NCBI GenBank assembly: GCA_002714425.1
Contig: PAXI01000005.1
Location: 100,877-164,876 of the forward strand
Length of the DNA stretch: 64,000 nucleotides
Source of the DNA: Chloroflexota bacterium
Lineage (GTDB): Bacteria; Chloroflexota; Dehalococcoidia; Lucifugimonadales; Lucifugimonadaceae
Reading direction: 5' to 3'
The stretch's first letter is position 1. Each line of letters opens with the position of its first letter. The translations under genes and the position numbers were made by a program. Shown here piece after piece: positions 20,933 through 30,167 of the stretch. A model generated the notes under the pieces. It had not been told where the DNA came from. It did not search any database and saw nothing but the letters and a program-made list of their open reading frames with translations.

Positions 20933-21349
20933 TTATATCTCCTGAGAAATTTCTATCAAATTACCATCTGGATCTCTTATATATACTGATAAAATTTCTC
21001 CTTCTGCACCATTTCTTTTTACTGGCCCATCTTCTATTTTAATTTCATTAGCAATTAAATAATCAATCCAATCGTATACAGAAGTATTAGATAAAAAGCA
21101 TATATCAGTAGAGCCTGAAGTTGGTTTTTTTGCATGAGGTTTATGTTTATTGCCAACTGAATGAATATTAATTTTTTGGTTTCCAAAAGCAAAAGAAATC
21201 CTTTTTGTATTATCATTTTCAGCAGTATAAAAACTTAATTTCATGTTGAGGACATCTTTGTAAAACTTAACTGTTTTATCGATGTTTTCAACTGTAAGAA
21301 CTATGTGGTCAATAGACTTAACAGAAATATTTTTATTAATTATTCCCAC
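20933..21349 (-). CDS. VOC (glyoxalase/bleomycin resistance) family protein
   Basis: IDHIVLTV, FGNQKINIH, GPVKRNGA, SVYIRDPDGNLIEIS. Confidence 0.92.
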   Translation of the reverse strand: MGIINKNISVKSIDHIVLTVENIDKTVKFYKDVLNMKLSFYTAENDNTKRISFAFGNQKINIHSVGNKHKPHAKKPTSGSTDICFLSNTSVYDWIDYLIANEIKIEDGPVKRNGAEGEILSVYIRDPDGNLIEISQEI

Positions 21350-23004
21350 TCTATAGTTCCAGGTGGTTTACTGGTAATATCATATACAACTCTATTAACA
21401 TCATTTACCTCATTAACAATTCGGTTTGAAATTTTTCCTAATAGATCATATGGTAACTTACTCCAATCTGCAGTCATAGCATCTTGACTATCGACTGACC
21501 TTATTGCTATAACGTATTGATAGGTTCTTTTGTCGCCCATAACTCCAACTGTCTGAGTATTTGTCAGAACTGCAAAAGATTGCCATACTTTTTCATATAA
21601 GCCAGCAGATTTGATTTCGTTCACAATAATCCAGTCTGATTCTCTGAGGATTTCAAGTTTTTTTTCTGTTATCTCTCCAATAATTCTAATAGCTAGGCCG
21701 GGGCCAGGGAATGGTTGTCTATAAATATTTTGTTTAGATAATCCTAATTCAATTCCAGCTAACCTAACCTCATCTTTGAATAAATACCTAAGTGGTTCAA
21801 TCAATTTTAATTTCATTTTTTCTGGCAAACCGCCAACATTATGATGAGTCTTAATTTTGTGAGCTTGACCTGTTTCGTTACTTGTAGATTCTATTACATC
21901 AGGATATAAAGTGCCCTGAGCAAGATAATCTACAGTTCCTATTTTTTCAGCTACTTCTTCAAAAATATTAATAAATTCAGTTCCTATAATTTTTCTTTTT
22001 TCTTCTGGATCTATAATATTTTTCAACGATTTCAAAAACCTTTTTCTCCCCTCATAAAAAATAACCTTAGCACCAATGTTTTTTGTAAAAATATCTCTAA
22101 TTCTTTCCACTTCACCTTTTCTCATCAGTCCATTGTCTACAAATATACAAGTTAGATTTTCTCCTATTGCCTTATGAATTAAAGCCGCGGTAACAGTAGA
22201 ATCAACACCTCCCAATAAAGCACAAATAACTTTATCGTTTCCTATCCTTTGTTTAATATTTTTAATAGTTTGTGATACAAAATTTTTAGATGTCCAGCTC
22301 CCACTTGAGTTACAAATTTTAAATATAAAATTTTCTAATATTTTAGTACCATTCGTGGTATGTGCTACTTCTGGATGAAACTGTAAGCCATAATACTTTT
22401 GGTTCTCATCAGAAATTACAGCATTCGGCGAATTATCACTAAAAGCAATAGTTTCAAAGCCTATTGGCTTAGATTCTATTTTATCTCCATGACTCATCCA
22501 CACTGTAAAATTATCATCGATTCCATCAAGAATTTTACTACTTTTATTTTTATATATTACAGTATGACCATACTCTCTTTTTTGGCCAGAGATCACCTTC
22601 CCACCGAGTTGATGCGCAATTAATTGCATACCATAACATATACCTAAAATAGGCTTATTTGATTCATAAACCCAAGCTGGAGCAACAGGAGCATTTTTAT
22701 CATAAACACTATTAGGTCCACCTGAGAAAATAAATCCTATAACATTCTGTTCATTCATTATCGAAGAATCTGAATCAAAGTTTATGATTTCACAAAAGGT
22801 ATTTAGTTCTCTTACTCTTCTCGCTATAAGCCTTGAGTATTGAGATCCAAAATCAAAAATTACAATCGTCTGAATTTTCGAATCAATTTCAGGAGTATTG
22901 CCCATAAGATTATGTGATTTAGCAATTTCTAGATAGGTGCCTAACTCAATGTCATCTGAGGCTGATATACGTAGATTATCTTTGGGATTTTTTTCAAGTT
23001 TCAT
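21340..23004 (-). CDS. guaA: Glutamine-hydrolysing GMP synthase (PP-loop variant LGGVDS; N-terminal extension)
   Basis: DFGSQY, GICYGMQ, FHPEV, QGTLYPDVIES, IKTHHNVGGLP, PFPGPGL, KPPGTIEWE. Confidence 0.97.
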   Translation of the reverse strand: MKLEKNPKDNLRISASDDIELGTYLEIAKSHNLMGNTPEIDSKIQTIVIFDFGSQYSRLIARRVRELNTFCEIINFDSDSSIMNEQNVIGFIFSGGPNSVYDKNAPVAPAWVYESNKPILGICYGMQLIAHQLGGKVISGQKREYGHTVIYKNKSSKILDGIDDNFTVWMSHGDKIESKPIGFETIAFSDNSPNAVISDENQKYYGLQFHPEVAHTTNGTKILENFIFKICNSSGSWTSKNFVSQTIKNIKQRIGNDKVICALLGGVDSTVTAALIHKAIGENLTCIFVDNGLMRKGEVERIRDIFTKNIGAKVIFYEGRKRFLKSLKNIIDPEEKRKIIGTEFINIFEEVAEKIGTVDYLAQGTLYPDVIESTSNETGQAHKIKTHHNVGGLPEKMKLKLIEPLRYLFKDEVRLAGIELGLSKQNIYRQPFPGPGLAIRIIGEITEKKLEILRESDWIIVNEIKSAGLYEKVWQSFAVLTNTQTVGVMGDKRTYQYVIAIRSVDSQDAMTADWSKLPYDLLGKISNRIVNEVNDVNRVVYDITSKPPGTIEWE

Positions 23005-23040
23005 TTATACAAACTATCATTTCCCTAGAAAAAAAAAATC

Positions 23041-23490
23041 TTACAAAGACGAAAAAATATTTTTTTGCATCTTTATATGTAAAATATTTGCTTCCATAAA
23101 TTCATCCCCAATTGGAAAGTAACCATTTTTCGAATAGAATTTTTCTACATACTTTTGTGCATTCAACTCAACCAATTTTATTTGCTTTTTCTTAAGATGA
23201 TTTTCTATAAATAGCAGTATTTTGCTTCCAATTCCATACCTTCTATATTTTTTCCTCACAGCCATTCTACCTACTTTGTATTTTTCTTCTGAGATTTTTT
23301 GTAATCTTGCAGTTGCAATAGGTTGATTTTTATAAAAACCTAGTATGTGTTCACATTTATAATCTAAATTGTCTATCTCTATTTGAGGGTCTACTTCCTG
23401 TTCACCAATAAAAACTTCTTTTCTAATTTCGACACAGAGTTGTATTTCTTTTTCTTTTTTTGCTTCTATTATTTGAAATAAATTAAACAT
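23041..23490 (-). CDS. GNAT acetyltransferase (ElaA/YjcF-like)
   Basis: IRKEVFIGEQ, GRMAV..RRYGIG, LNAQ..FY..GY, F.EANI.H..M; start 23490 chosen, uncertain. Confidence 0.9.
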   Translation of the reverse strand: MFNLFQIIEAKKEKEIQLCVEIRKEVFIGEQEVDPQIEIDNLDYKCEHILGFYKNQPIATARLQKISEEKYKVGRMAVRKKYRRYGIGSKILLFIENHLKKKQIKLVELNAQKYVEKFYSKNGYFPIGDEFMEANILHIKMQKNIFSSL

Positions 23491-23554
23491 ATATATTATT
23501 ATTTGTTTTTTTTTATTAAAAATCAAATTAATTTAATTTATAGTTAATATACTT

Positions 23555-24166
23555 ATGAAATCAAAAATTAACCAGGCAATAAAATATATAATTGATGAAA
23601 AACTCGTAGCATTACCCACAGATACGTTTTTTGCACTTAGCGCTAACGGGTTAAGCACTAAAGCAATAGAGAAAATATATTACGCTAAGGGCAGGGACTA
23701 TTCATCTCCAATACCACTTTTGATTTCCAGCCAAGATATGGCTATGGACATTTCTAAAAATCTCTCAGATTTATTTTTTAAGATCACTGAAAAATTTTGG
23801 CCTGGTCCATTAACAGTTGTCGTTGATGCAAATGAAAATGTACCTGAAATTGTAAAATCTAAGTCTAAGAAAGTTGGGATAAGAATACCTAGCCACAAAG
23901 TATGCTTAAAGATAATAGAAGAAACTAATTTACCCATTTCCGGTACTAGTTGTAATATATCAGGAATGGAGCCAAGCAAAAACTATAAATTCATTAATAA
24001 TAATTATTCAAAACTTATAGACCTTGTACTTGAAGAACCCTGCGGGATTGAAACTGCTCCAAGTACAGTGGTGGAAATAAACCATAATTCAATTAAAATA
24101 TTAAGACCAGGAGCCATCAAAAAGGAAGCTATTATCAAACATTTGCCTGAGATTTTAATCAAATAA
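23555..24166 (+). CDS. tsaC: L-threonylcarbamoyladenylate synthase (YrdC-type)
   Basis: PTDT, KGR..P, FWPGPLT, GIRIP, SCNISG, PSTVV, LRPGAI. Confidence 0.93.
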   Translation: MKSKINQAIKYIIDEKLVALPTDTFFALSANGLSTKAIEKIYYAKGRDYSSPIPLLISSQDMAMDISKNLSDLFFKITEKFWPGPLTVVVDANENVPEIVKSKSKKVGIRIPSHKVCLKIIEETNLPISGTSCNISGMEPSKNYKFINNNYSKLIDLVLEEPCGIETAPSTVVEINHNSIKILRPGAIKKEAIIKHLPEILIK

Positions 24167-24201
24167 AATATATATAATAATCTTAATAAAAGAAAGTAAT
24201 T

Positions 24202-25227
24202 TTGGTAAAAAATAATAATTATATAGAAACTGACAAACATCTACTTGAAGAAGCATTGAAAAAATTTATTCTTAGTAGAGATCTTCCTATGTATAAAATC
24301 ATGAGTTACCATATGGGTTGGTTAGACAGAAACGGTGACTTAGAGCATTCTAAATTACCAAATAGAAATATAGGTAATCTTTTACTAAAATTTTCAAGAT
24401 GTATTAATGATGATAAAATACCACCAATATCATTGGCTGTTTCAAGTGAATTACTATCTAATTTCCTCCAGATTCATGAAGATGTAAAATATGCGAATAC
24501 CAATAGAAATAATCGTGAATCTATATGGTGGGTATGGGGTCCCGCACAAGCAATAAATACTGGAGATGGTGTTCACGCTATGGCTAGAGTAGCTATATTT
24601 GAACAGGAGAATTTCGATAAGAATATTTTATCACCAGATCAAATACTCTATGCTCTGAAGGTTTTAGATGAATGTATTCTTTCTGTATGTGAAGGAGATT
24701 ATCTTGAAAATTCATTTCAAGAACGAGCTAATGTTACCTTAGATGAAATCTTAACATCTGTTGAGAAACAATCAAATTTATATGGATGCGCAACCGCATT
24801 AGCAGGAATAGGCAATTTTACCGATAAGAAAAATATTGACACTCTAAAGTACATTGGAATGGAAATTGGAAAATTTCTATTATTAAGTAATGACTTAAAA
24901 TTCTTCTTGGATAGTAAAATTGATGAAATTAACGATACTGATTTAGGCAAACTTCAGTCTAAAAAAAAGTCCATTATTACATCTCATTCAATTGAAAATG
25001 GTACACCTTCTATAAGAAGAAAAATGGGTGAAATATTTATGAAAAGAGTTTTAGAAGATGCAGATCTTGAAGAAATAAAAAATATTGTTGAAGAAACCAA
25101 AAGTGTAGAATTCGGAGAGAATTATATTTCTAACCTAAAAAAAGAATTAATAAACACTATTAATAATTCATTTTTTGAAACAAATCAAAAAAAATCAATT
25201 TCAGGTTTCGTTGAAAACATCAATTAA
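24202..25227 (+). CDS. Polyprenyl synthetase-fold protein with degenerate Asp-rich motifs
   Basis: MSYHMGW, EL..NF.QIHED, WWVWGPAQAINTGD, CEG.YL resemble GGPP/FPP synthases, but both DDxxD motifs are eroded. Confidence 0.8.
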   Translation: MVKNNNYIETDKHLLEEALKKFILSRDLPMYKIMSYHMGWLDRNGDLEHSKLPNRNIGNLLLKFSRCINDDKIPPISLAVSSELLSNFLQIHEDVKYANTNRNNRESIWWVWGPAQAINTGDGVHAMARVAIFEQENFDKNILSPDQILYALKVLDECILSVCEGDYLENSFQERANVTLDEILTSVEKQSNLYGCATALAGIGNFTDKKNIDTLKYIGMEIGKFLLLSNDLKFFLDSKIDEINDTDLGKLQSKKKSIITSHSIENGTPSIRRKMGEIFMKRVLEDADLEEIKNIVEETKSVEFGENYISNLKKELINTINNSFFETNQKKSISGFVENIN

Positions 25228-25237
25228 ATAATAGAAT

Positions 25238-26368
25238 ATGAAAAGATTATCCCAAGCTGAAATATACAAAAAAAATATTTTTCTAAGAGTTGATTTAAAT
25301 GTACCAATGAGTAATGGTAAAATTAGAGACGAATCAAAAATAACAAGTGTTTTACCAACAATAAAACATTTATTAAGAAATAATAATAGAATAATTATCT
25401 GCTCCCATTTAGGTAGACCTAAAGGTTCGTACAGTAAAGATCTATCTCTTGCGCCTATTGCCTCAAGATTGAGTAAATTTCTGGAAAATATAGAGATTAA
25501 AATGATTGATTTTCCATTTGATAATTTCACCAAAGACCGGTTGAAAAGTTCTAATATATATATGCTTGAAAATATACGTTTCGATAACAGAGAAGAGTTG
25601 AATTCTGAAGATTTATCTAATGAACTAAGTAAATTTTCAGATATTTATATTAACGATGCTTTTGCTAGTAGCCACAGAAAACATGCATCAACTTATGGAA
25701 TAACAAAATTTCTACCAAGTTACGCAGGGTTTCTCGTAGAAAAAGAAATTGATTCTTTAAATGAACTATTTTCAAGCAAATATTCCAAAAAATTAGCTAT
25801 CGTTGGAGGTGCAAAAGTCTCAGATAAAATAAAGTTGATTAGCAACCTATCAAAAAAACTTGATTTTGTTCTTATAGGAGGCGGTATGATTTCCGCTTTT
25901 GTTCAAAAAAATCATCCAGAATATGGATATGCAAAAGAAATAGTCCTAAATAGTAGGGGAAAAATAATTATTCCAGATTACGTTCTTGTAGGAAACGAGT
26001 TTAATGAAAATACGAAATATAAAATCATTAATACAACCGATATTAGGGATAATTTGAACATAAAAATCTTAGATATAGCAGAAAGATCATTTGAAAAAAT
26101 TTCAGATTATATTTCAACTTCGGATCTAATTATTTGGAATGGACCCGTGGGGGTTTTTGAATGGGCCAATTTCTCACTTGGGACATTAAAATTAATTGAA
26201 TTATTGAAGAACACCAAAGCAAAAACATTCATTGGAGGTGGCTCAACCGCAGAAATAATTCATAAGACATCAACGCAAAAATATTTCACACACATATCTA
26301 CTGGTGGTGGAGCAACATTAGAATTTTTAGAGGGTAAAGAACTACCAGGTTTAAGAGCACTATCATGA
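25238..26368 (+). CDS. pgk: Phosphoglycerate kinase
   Basis: RVDLNVP, SHLGRPKG, LENIRF, NDAF..SHR, GGAKVSDK, WNGPVGVFE, STGGGATLEFLEG. Confidence 0.97.
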   Translation: MKRLSQAEIYKKNIFLRVDLNVPMSNGKIRDESKITSVLPTIKHLLRNNNRIIICSHLGRPKGSYSKDLSLAPIASRLSKFLENIEIKMIDFPFDNFTKDRLKSSNIYMLENIRFDNREELNSEDLSNELSKFSDIYINDAFASSHRKHASTYGITKFLPSYAGFLVEKEIDSLNELFSSKYSKKLAIVGGAKVSDKIKLISNLSKKLDFVLIGGGMISAFVQKNHPEYGYAKEIVLNSRGKIIIPDYVLVGNEFNENTKYKIINTTDIRDNLNIKILDIAERSFEKISDYISTSDLIIWNGPVGVFEWANFSLGTLKLIELLKNTKAKTFIGGGSTAEIIHKTSTQKYFTHISTGGGATLEFLEGKELPGLRALS

Positions 26369-27129
26369 AAAATAAATCATATATATCTACTGTAATTGCA
26401 AACTGGAAAATGCATAATGATTTTAACGCTGCATTAGATCTAGTAATAAAAATTTTTTCGTACAGTAATATGGCAAAAAATGTAGAAAAAATTATATGTC
26501 CTCCAGCAGTGAATATTATTCCCCTTTATGATCAATTTAAGAATTCTACATTTAGTTTAGGTGCCCAAAATATTAACGAAAATAATGAAGGTACATACAC
26601 AGGTGAAATTTCTGTAAACATGCTAAAAAATTATATCACTCATGCTATTATAGGGCACTCGGAAAGAAGAGAAATATTTAATGAAAGTAATTATACTATA
26701 TCTCTCAAGGCGAAAGCACTATTAAGTAATAAGATTGTCCCTGTGATTTGTGTAGGAGAGCCTCTTGAAATATATAAAAAAAATAGATCTGTAGAATTTA
26801 TAAATAACCAATTATTTGAGATTCTCTCTAAAATACAAACAAATAGTGAAATACTAATAGCATATGAGCCAATTTGGTCAATTGGCAATAAAAACCCAGC
26901 AGACCCAGTATATGTAGAAAAAATCATCACCAAATCTAAGGATTTCCTAAGCACTATAAGGCCTATTAGAAATGTAAATCATAAATTTTTATATGGAGGT
27001 AGTGTTAATTCTAAAAATGTATTAGATTATACAAAACAACAAAATATAGATGGAGTTCTAGTAGGGAGTGCGAGTTTAGATGCAAGTGAGTTTGGAAAAA
27101 TAGTATTACAAATATCGAATAATGGATAA
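26365..27129 (+). CDS. tpiA: Triosephosphate isomerase
   Basis: NWKM, GHSERR, AYEPIW, YGGSV, DGVLVG.ASL. Confidence 0.95.
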   Translation: MKNKSYISTVIANWKMHNDFNAALDLVIKIFSYSNMAKNVEKIICPPAVNIIPLYDQFKNSTFSLGAQNINENNEGTYTGEISVNMLKNYITHAIIGHSERREIFNESNYTISLKAKALLSNKIVPVICVGEPLEIYKKNRSVEFINNQLFEILSKIQTNSEILIAYEPIWSIGNKNPADPVYVEKIITKSKDFLSTIRPIRNVNHKFLYGGSVNSKNVLDYTKQQNIDGVLVGSASLDASEFGKIVLQISNNG

Positions 27130-28048
27130 AAAAAACAAGATAATTGTAATCGTTGGAGCTACTGCAAGTGGAAAATCTCGTTTTGGTATTAAAATAGCAA
27201 AACACATTAATACTGAAATTATAAATGCTGATTCAAGGTTATTTTATAGAGGGCTAAATATTGGAACAGCTAAACCCACAAAGAGAGACTTAAGTCTAAC
27301 TAAACATCACTTAATTGATATTATTGATCCTGATGAAAAATTTACTTTAAACAACTTTTTGATTTTAGTTAGAAGGCAAATCCAAAAATTACATAATGAA
27401 AAAAAAATCCCCATAATTATTGGAGGCTCTGGTCAATATATTTGGTCACTGATTGAGGGTTGGAAAATACCAAAAGTAAAACCAGACACTGAACTTAGAT
27501 CAAATTTAGAACAACAACTTAATCAAAATGGTATTGAGCACCTTCAATTGATGTTAAAAAACTTGTCTGAAAAACTATACAAGCAAACAGATTTACTTAA
27601 CCCTAGAAGAATTATAAGGTCTATTGAAATTGCAAAAAGCTCGATAGATAATAAGGTTCAAAAGAATGAGAAGCAAACATACGATTCATTTATTCTCGGA
27701 CTTAATGCTGAAAGAAAATTACTTCACTCAAGAGTAAAAAATAGGATAAACAAGATGCTCGATGATGGGTTTATCGAGGAAATAAATACTCTAATTGCAA
27801 AAGGATATGATAGTTCTTTACAGTCAATGAGTAGTATTGGATACAAAGAATTTATAAATTATGTGAAAGGTGAATACTCGAAAGAAGAAGCTATTCAGAA
27901 AACTATTATTTCCACTAATAGGTTAATAAGGAATCAAAATAATTGGTTTAAGCAAAGCGATGATAGAATCTACTGGATTGATAACAACGATGAAGAAAAA
28001 AATTTTAATTTGATAAAAAATGTCATAAATAAATGGATAAAAACATAA
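27122..28048 (+). CDS. miaA: tRNA dimethylallyltransferase
   Basis: GATASGKS, ADSR..YRGLNIGTAKP, HHLIDI, GGSGQY, SIGYKE, Q..WF. Confidence 0.96.
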   Translation: MDKKNKIIVIVGATASGKSRFGIKIAKHINTEIINADSRLFYRGLNIGTAKPTKRDLSLTKHHLIDIIDPDEKFTLNNFLILVRRQIQKLHNEKKIPIIIGGSGQYIWSLIEGWKIPKVKPDTELRSNLEQQLNQNGIEHLQLMLKNLSEKLYKQTDLLNPRRIIRSIEIAKSSIDNKVQKNEKQTYDSFILGLNAERKLLHSRVKNRINKMLDDGFIEEINTLIAKGYDSSLQSMSSIGYKEFINYVKGEYSKEEAIQKTIISTNRLIRNQNNWFKQSDDRIYWIDNNDEEKNFNLIKNVINKWIKT

Positions 28049-28102
28049 ATTTTCAATAATTTAATAAAAATTTTTTTTACAATATTAAATAAACTTAAAA
28101 TT

Positions 28103-28975
28103 ATGATCATTAATTTCACAAAATTACAGGGTGCTGGCAATGGCTATATAGCCATAGACGGCAGAGACATAACTATTACCTGGGGGAAATTAGCTATAGA
28201 GATGGGAGATCCTGCTTTCGGAGTTGGTTCAGACGGGATTGTTGTGGTTGAAAATTCTAAATTAGCATCAATCAAAATGCGAGTATTCAACACAGATGGT
28301 TCAGAAGCCGAAATGAGCGGGAACGGTATAAGGTTATTTTCTAAATTTGTAATTGACAATAAAATTTGTTTACCAGAAAATAATGCTCTAGATATAGAAA
28401 CACTAGGTGGAATCAGAACAGTTTGGCCTGAAATTTCAAATGAAAAAATGATCTCTGCTAAAGTAGCAATGGGCAAGCCAACATTCAAAACAGAAGAAAT
28501 ACCGGTTGACATAAATAAAGTTGAAAATATTACACCAGTGCAAAATTATTCTTTAAAAATCAATCATGATGAATTTAAGGAGATTAAAATAACATGCTTA
28601 TCTATTGGTAATCCTCATGCAGTTTGTATTTTAGATACACCTGTAGAAGAATTTCCACTTAATGATATTGGCCCATTAGTTGAGAATCATGAAATTTTCC
28701 CTAACAGAATAAATTTCGAAATAGTGAATATCATAAACGAAAATACTATTCGTGCAAGGATATTTGAAAGGGGAGAAGGAGAAACATTATCATCAGGAAC
28801 AGGGAGTACTGCTTCAGCATCTGCATCAAGAATGTTGGGATTTGTAAAAGACGAAGTTGAAGTGATTCTGGATGGGGGCGTGCTAAAAATCTCATGGGAT
28901 AATGATGGAGAAGCATACCTTGAAGGCCCTGCGGAGGAAGTTTTTACTGGAAAATGGGAAATCAAAAATGACTAA
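28103..28975 (+). CDS. dapF: Diaminopimelate epimerase with Ser/Ser in place of the catalytic Cys/Cys
   Basis: FTKLQGAGN, GVGSDG, NTDGSEAEMSGNGIR, GNPHAV, FPNRINFE, ERGEGETLSSGTG, GPA; adjacent to dapL. Confidence 0.93.
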   Translation: MIINFTKLQGAGNGYIAIDGRDITITWGKLAIEMGDPAFGVGSDGIVVVENSKLASIKMRVFNTDGSEAEMSGNGIRLFSKFVIDNKICLPENNALDIETLGGIRTVWPEISNEKMISAKVAMGKPTFKTEEIPVDINKVENITPVQNYSLKINHDEFKEIKITCLSIGNPHAVCILDTPVEEFPLNDIGPLVENHEIFPNRINFEIVNIINENTIRARIFERGEGETLSSGTGSTASASASRMLGFVKDEVEVILDGGVLKISWDNDGEAYLEGPAEEVFTGKWEIKND

Positions 28976-28989
28976 GGAAATAAATTATT

Positions 28990-30156
28990 ATGAAATTTGC
29001 TAAACGAGTTGAACAATTACCACCATATCTTTTTGTTAACATATCAAGGGCTATTGCAGAAAAAAAGAAACAAGGAATTGATGTTATATCTTTTGGAATT
29101 GGCGATCCAGATATCCCCACTCCTCAAAAAGTTTTAGATGCGCTTGTAGATTCAGCAAAAAAACCTGAAAATCATAAATATCCTGAAAGTGAAGGACTTC
29201 CAGAATTTCGTATGGCTGTAGCTAAATTTTACAAAAATAGATTTAATGTAAATTTAGATTATGAAACTGAAATAATTAATTTAATTGGTGCAAAAGAGGG
29301 TATTGCACATGCTGCCCTATGCTTTATTGACCCAGGAGACATTTCATTAAGTACTAATCCGGCATATCCTGTATATGAAATAGGGACTATGTTTGCTGGA
29401 GGACAAACTCACTTTTTGAATTTAGAAGAAAAAAATCAATATCTCGTTGATTTTAATTCAATTCCTACTGAGATAGCTAAAAAAGCAAAAACATTATGGT
29501 TAAATTATCCAAACAACCCAACAGGGGCTATTGCTCCTATGTCATTTTTTAAAGAAGCAGTTAAATTCTGCAAAGAATTTGATATAGCATTACTACATGA
29601 TGCTGCTTACACGGAAGTAACTTATGATGATTATGTTGCTCCAAGTATTTTACAGGTTGAGGGAGCTATGGACATCGCGATGGAATTTCACTCTTTATCA
29701 AAGACTGCTAATATGACTGGTTGGAGAGTAGGTATGGCTGCAGGCAATAAAGATATGGTTAATGCTCTTATGAGAGTAAAATCAAACATAGATTCTGGTT
29801 TATCCCAATCAAATCAATATATGGGAATAGCAGCGTTGAAACTTAGCGATGATTGGTATAAGCAAAACAATGAAATTTATAAAAGAAGAAGAGATAAAGT
29901 AGTAGATGTATTAAACAGTATTGGAGTAAAAACAGTAAAGCCTAAAGGAGGCTTATACATATGGACTCCTGTACCAAAAGGTTATACATCTGCTGAATTT
30001 GCAGAAAAATTACTAAACGAAGCAAATGTAGTAGTAACTCCAGGGAATGGATATGGCGATGCAGGTGAAGGTTATATTAGACTCTCATTAACTATTCCTG
30101 ACGACCAAATCGATGAAGGATTAAGTCGACTGTCTAAAATTAGAGTTAGCTCCTAA
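28990..30156 (+). CDS. dapL: LL-diaminopimelate aminotransferase
   Basis: LPPYLF, GIGDPD, GAKEGIAH, NYPNNPTGA, HDAAY, EFHSLSKTANMTGWRVG; next to dapF. Confidence 0.88.
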   Translation: MKFAKRVEQLPPYLFVNISRAIAEKKKQGIDVISFGIGDPDIPTPQKVLDALVDSAKKPENHKYPESEGLPEFRMAVAKFYKNRFNVNLDYETEIINLIGAKEGIAHAALCFIDPGDISLSTNPAYPVYEIGTMFAGGQTHFLNLEEKNQYLVDFNSIPTEIAKKAKTLWLNYPNNPTGAIAPMSFFKEAVKFCKEFDIALLHDAAYTEVTYDDYVAPSILQVEGAMDIAMEFHSLSKTANMTGWRVGMAAGNKDMVNALMRVKSNIDSGLSQSNQYMGIAALKLSDDWYKQNNEIYKRRRDKVVDVLNSIGVKTVKPKGGLYIWTPVPKGYTSAEFAEKLLNEANVVVTPGNGYGDAGEGYIRLSLTIPDDQIDEGLSRLSKIRVSS

Positions 30157-30167
30157 AATAATACTTA

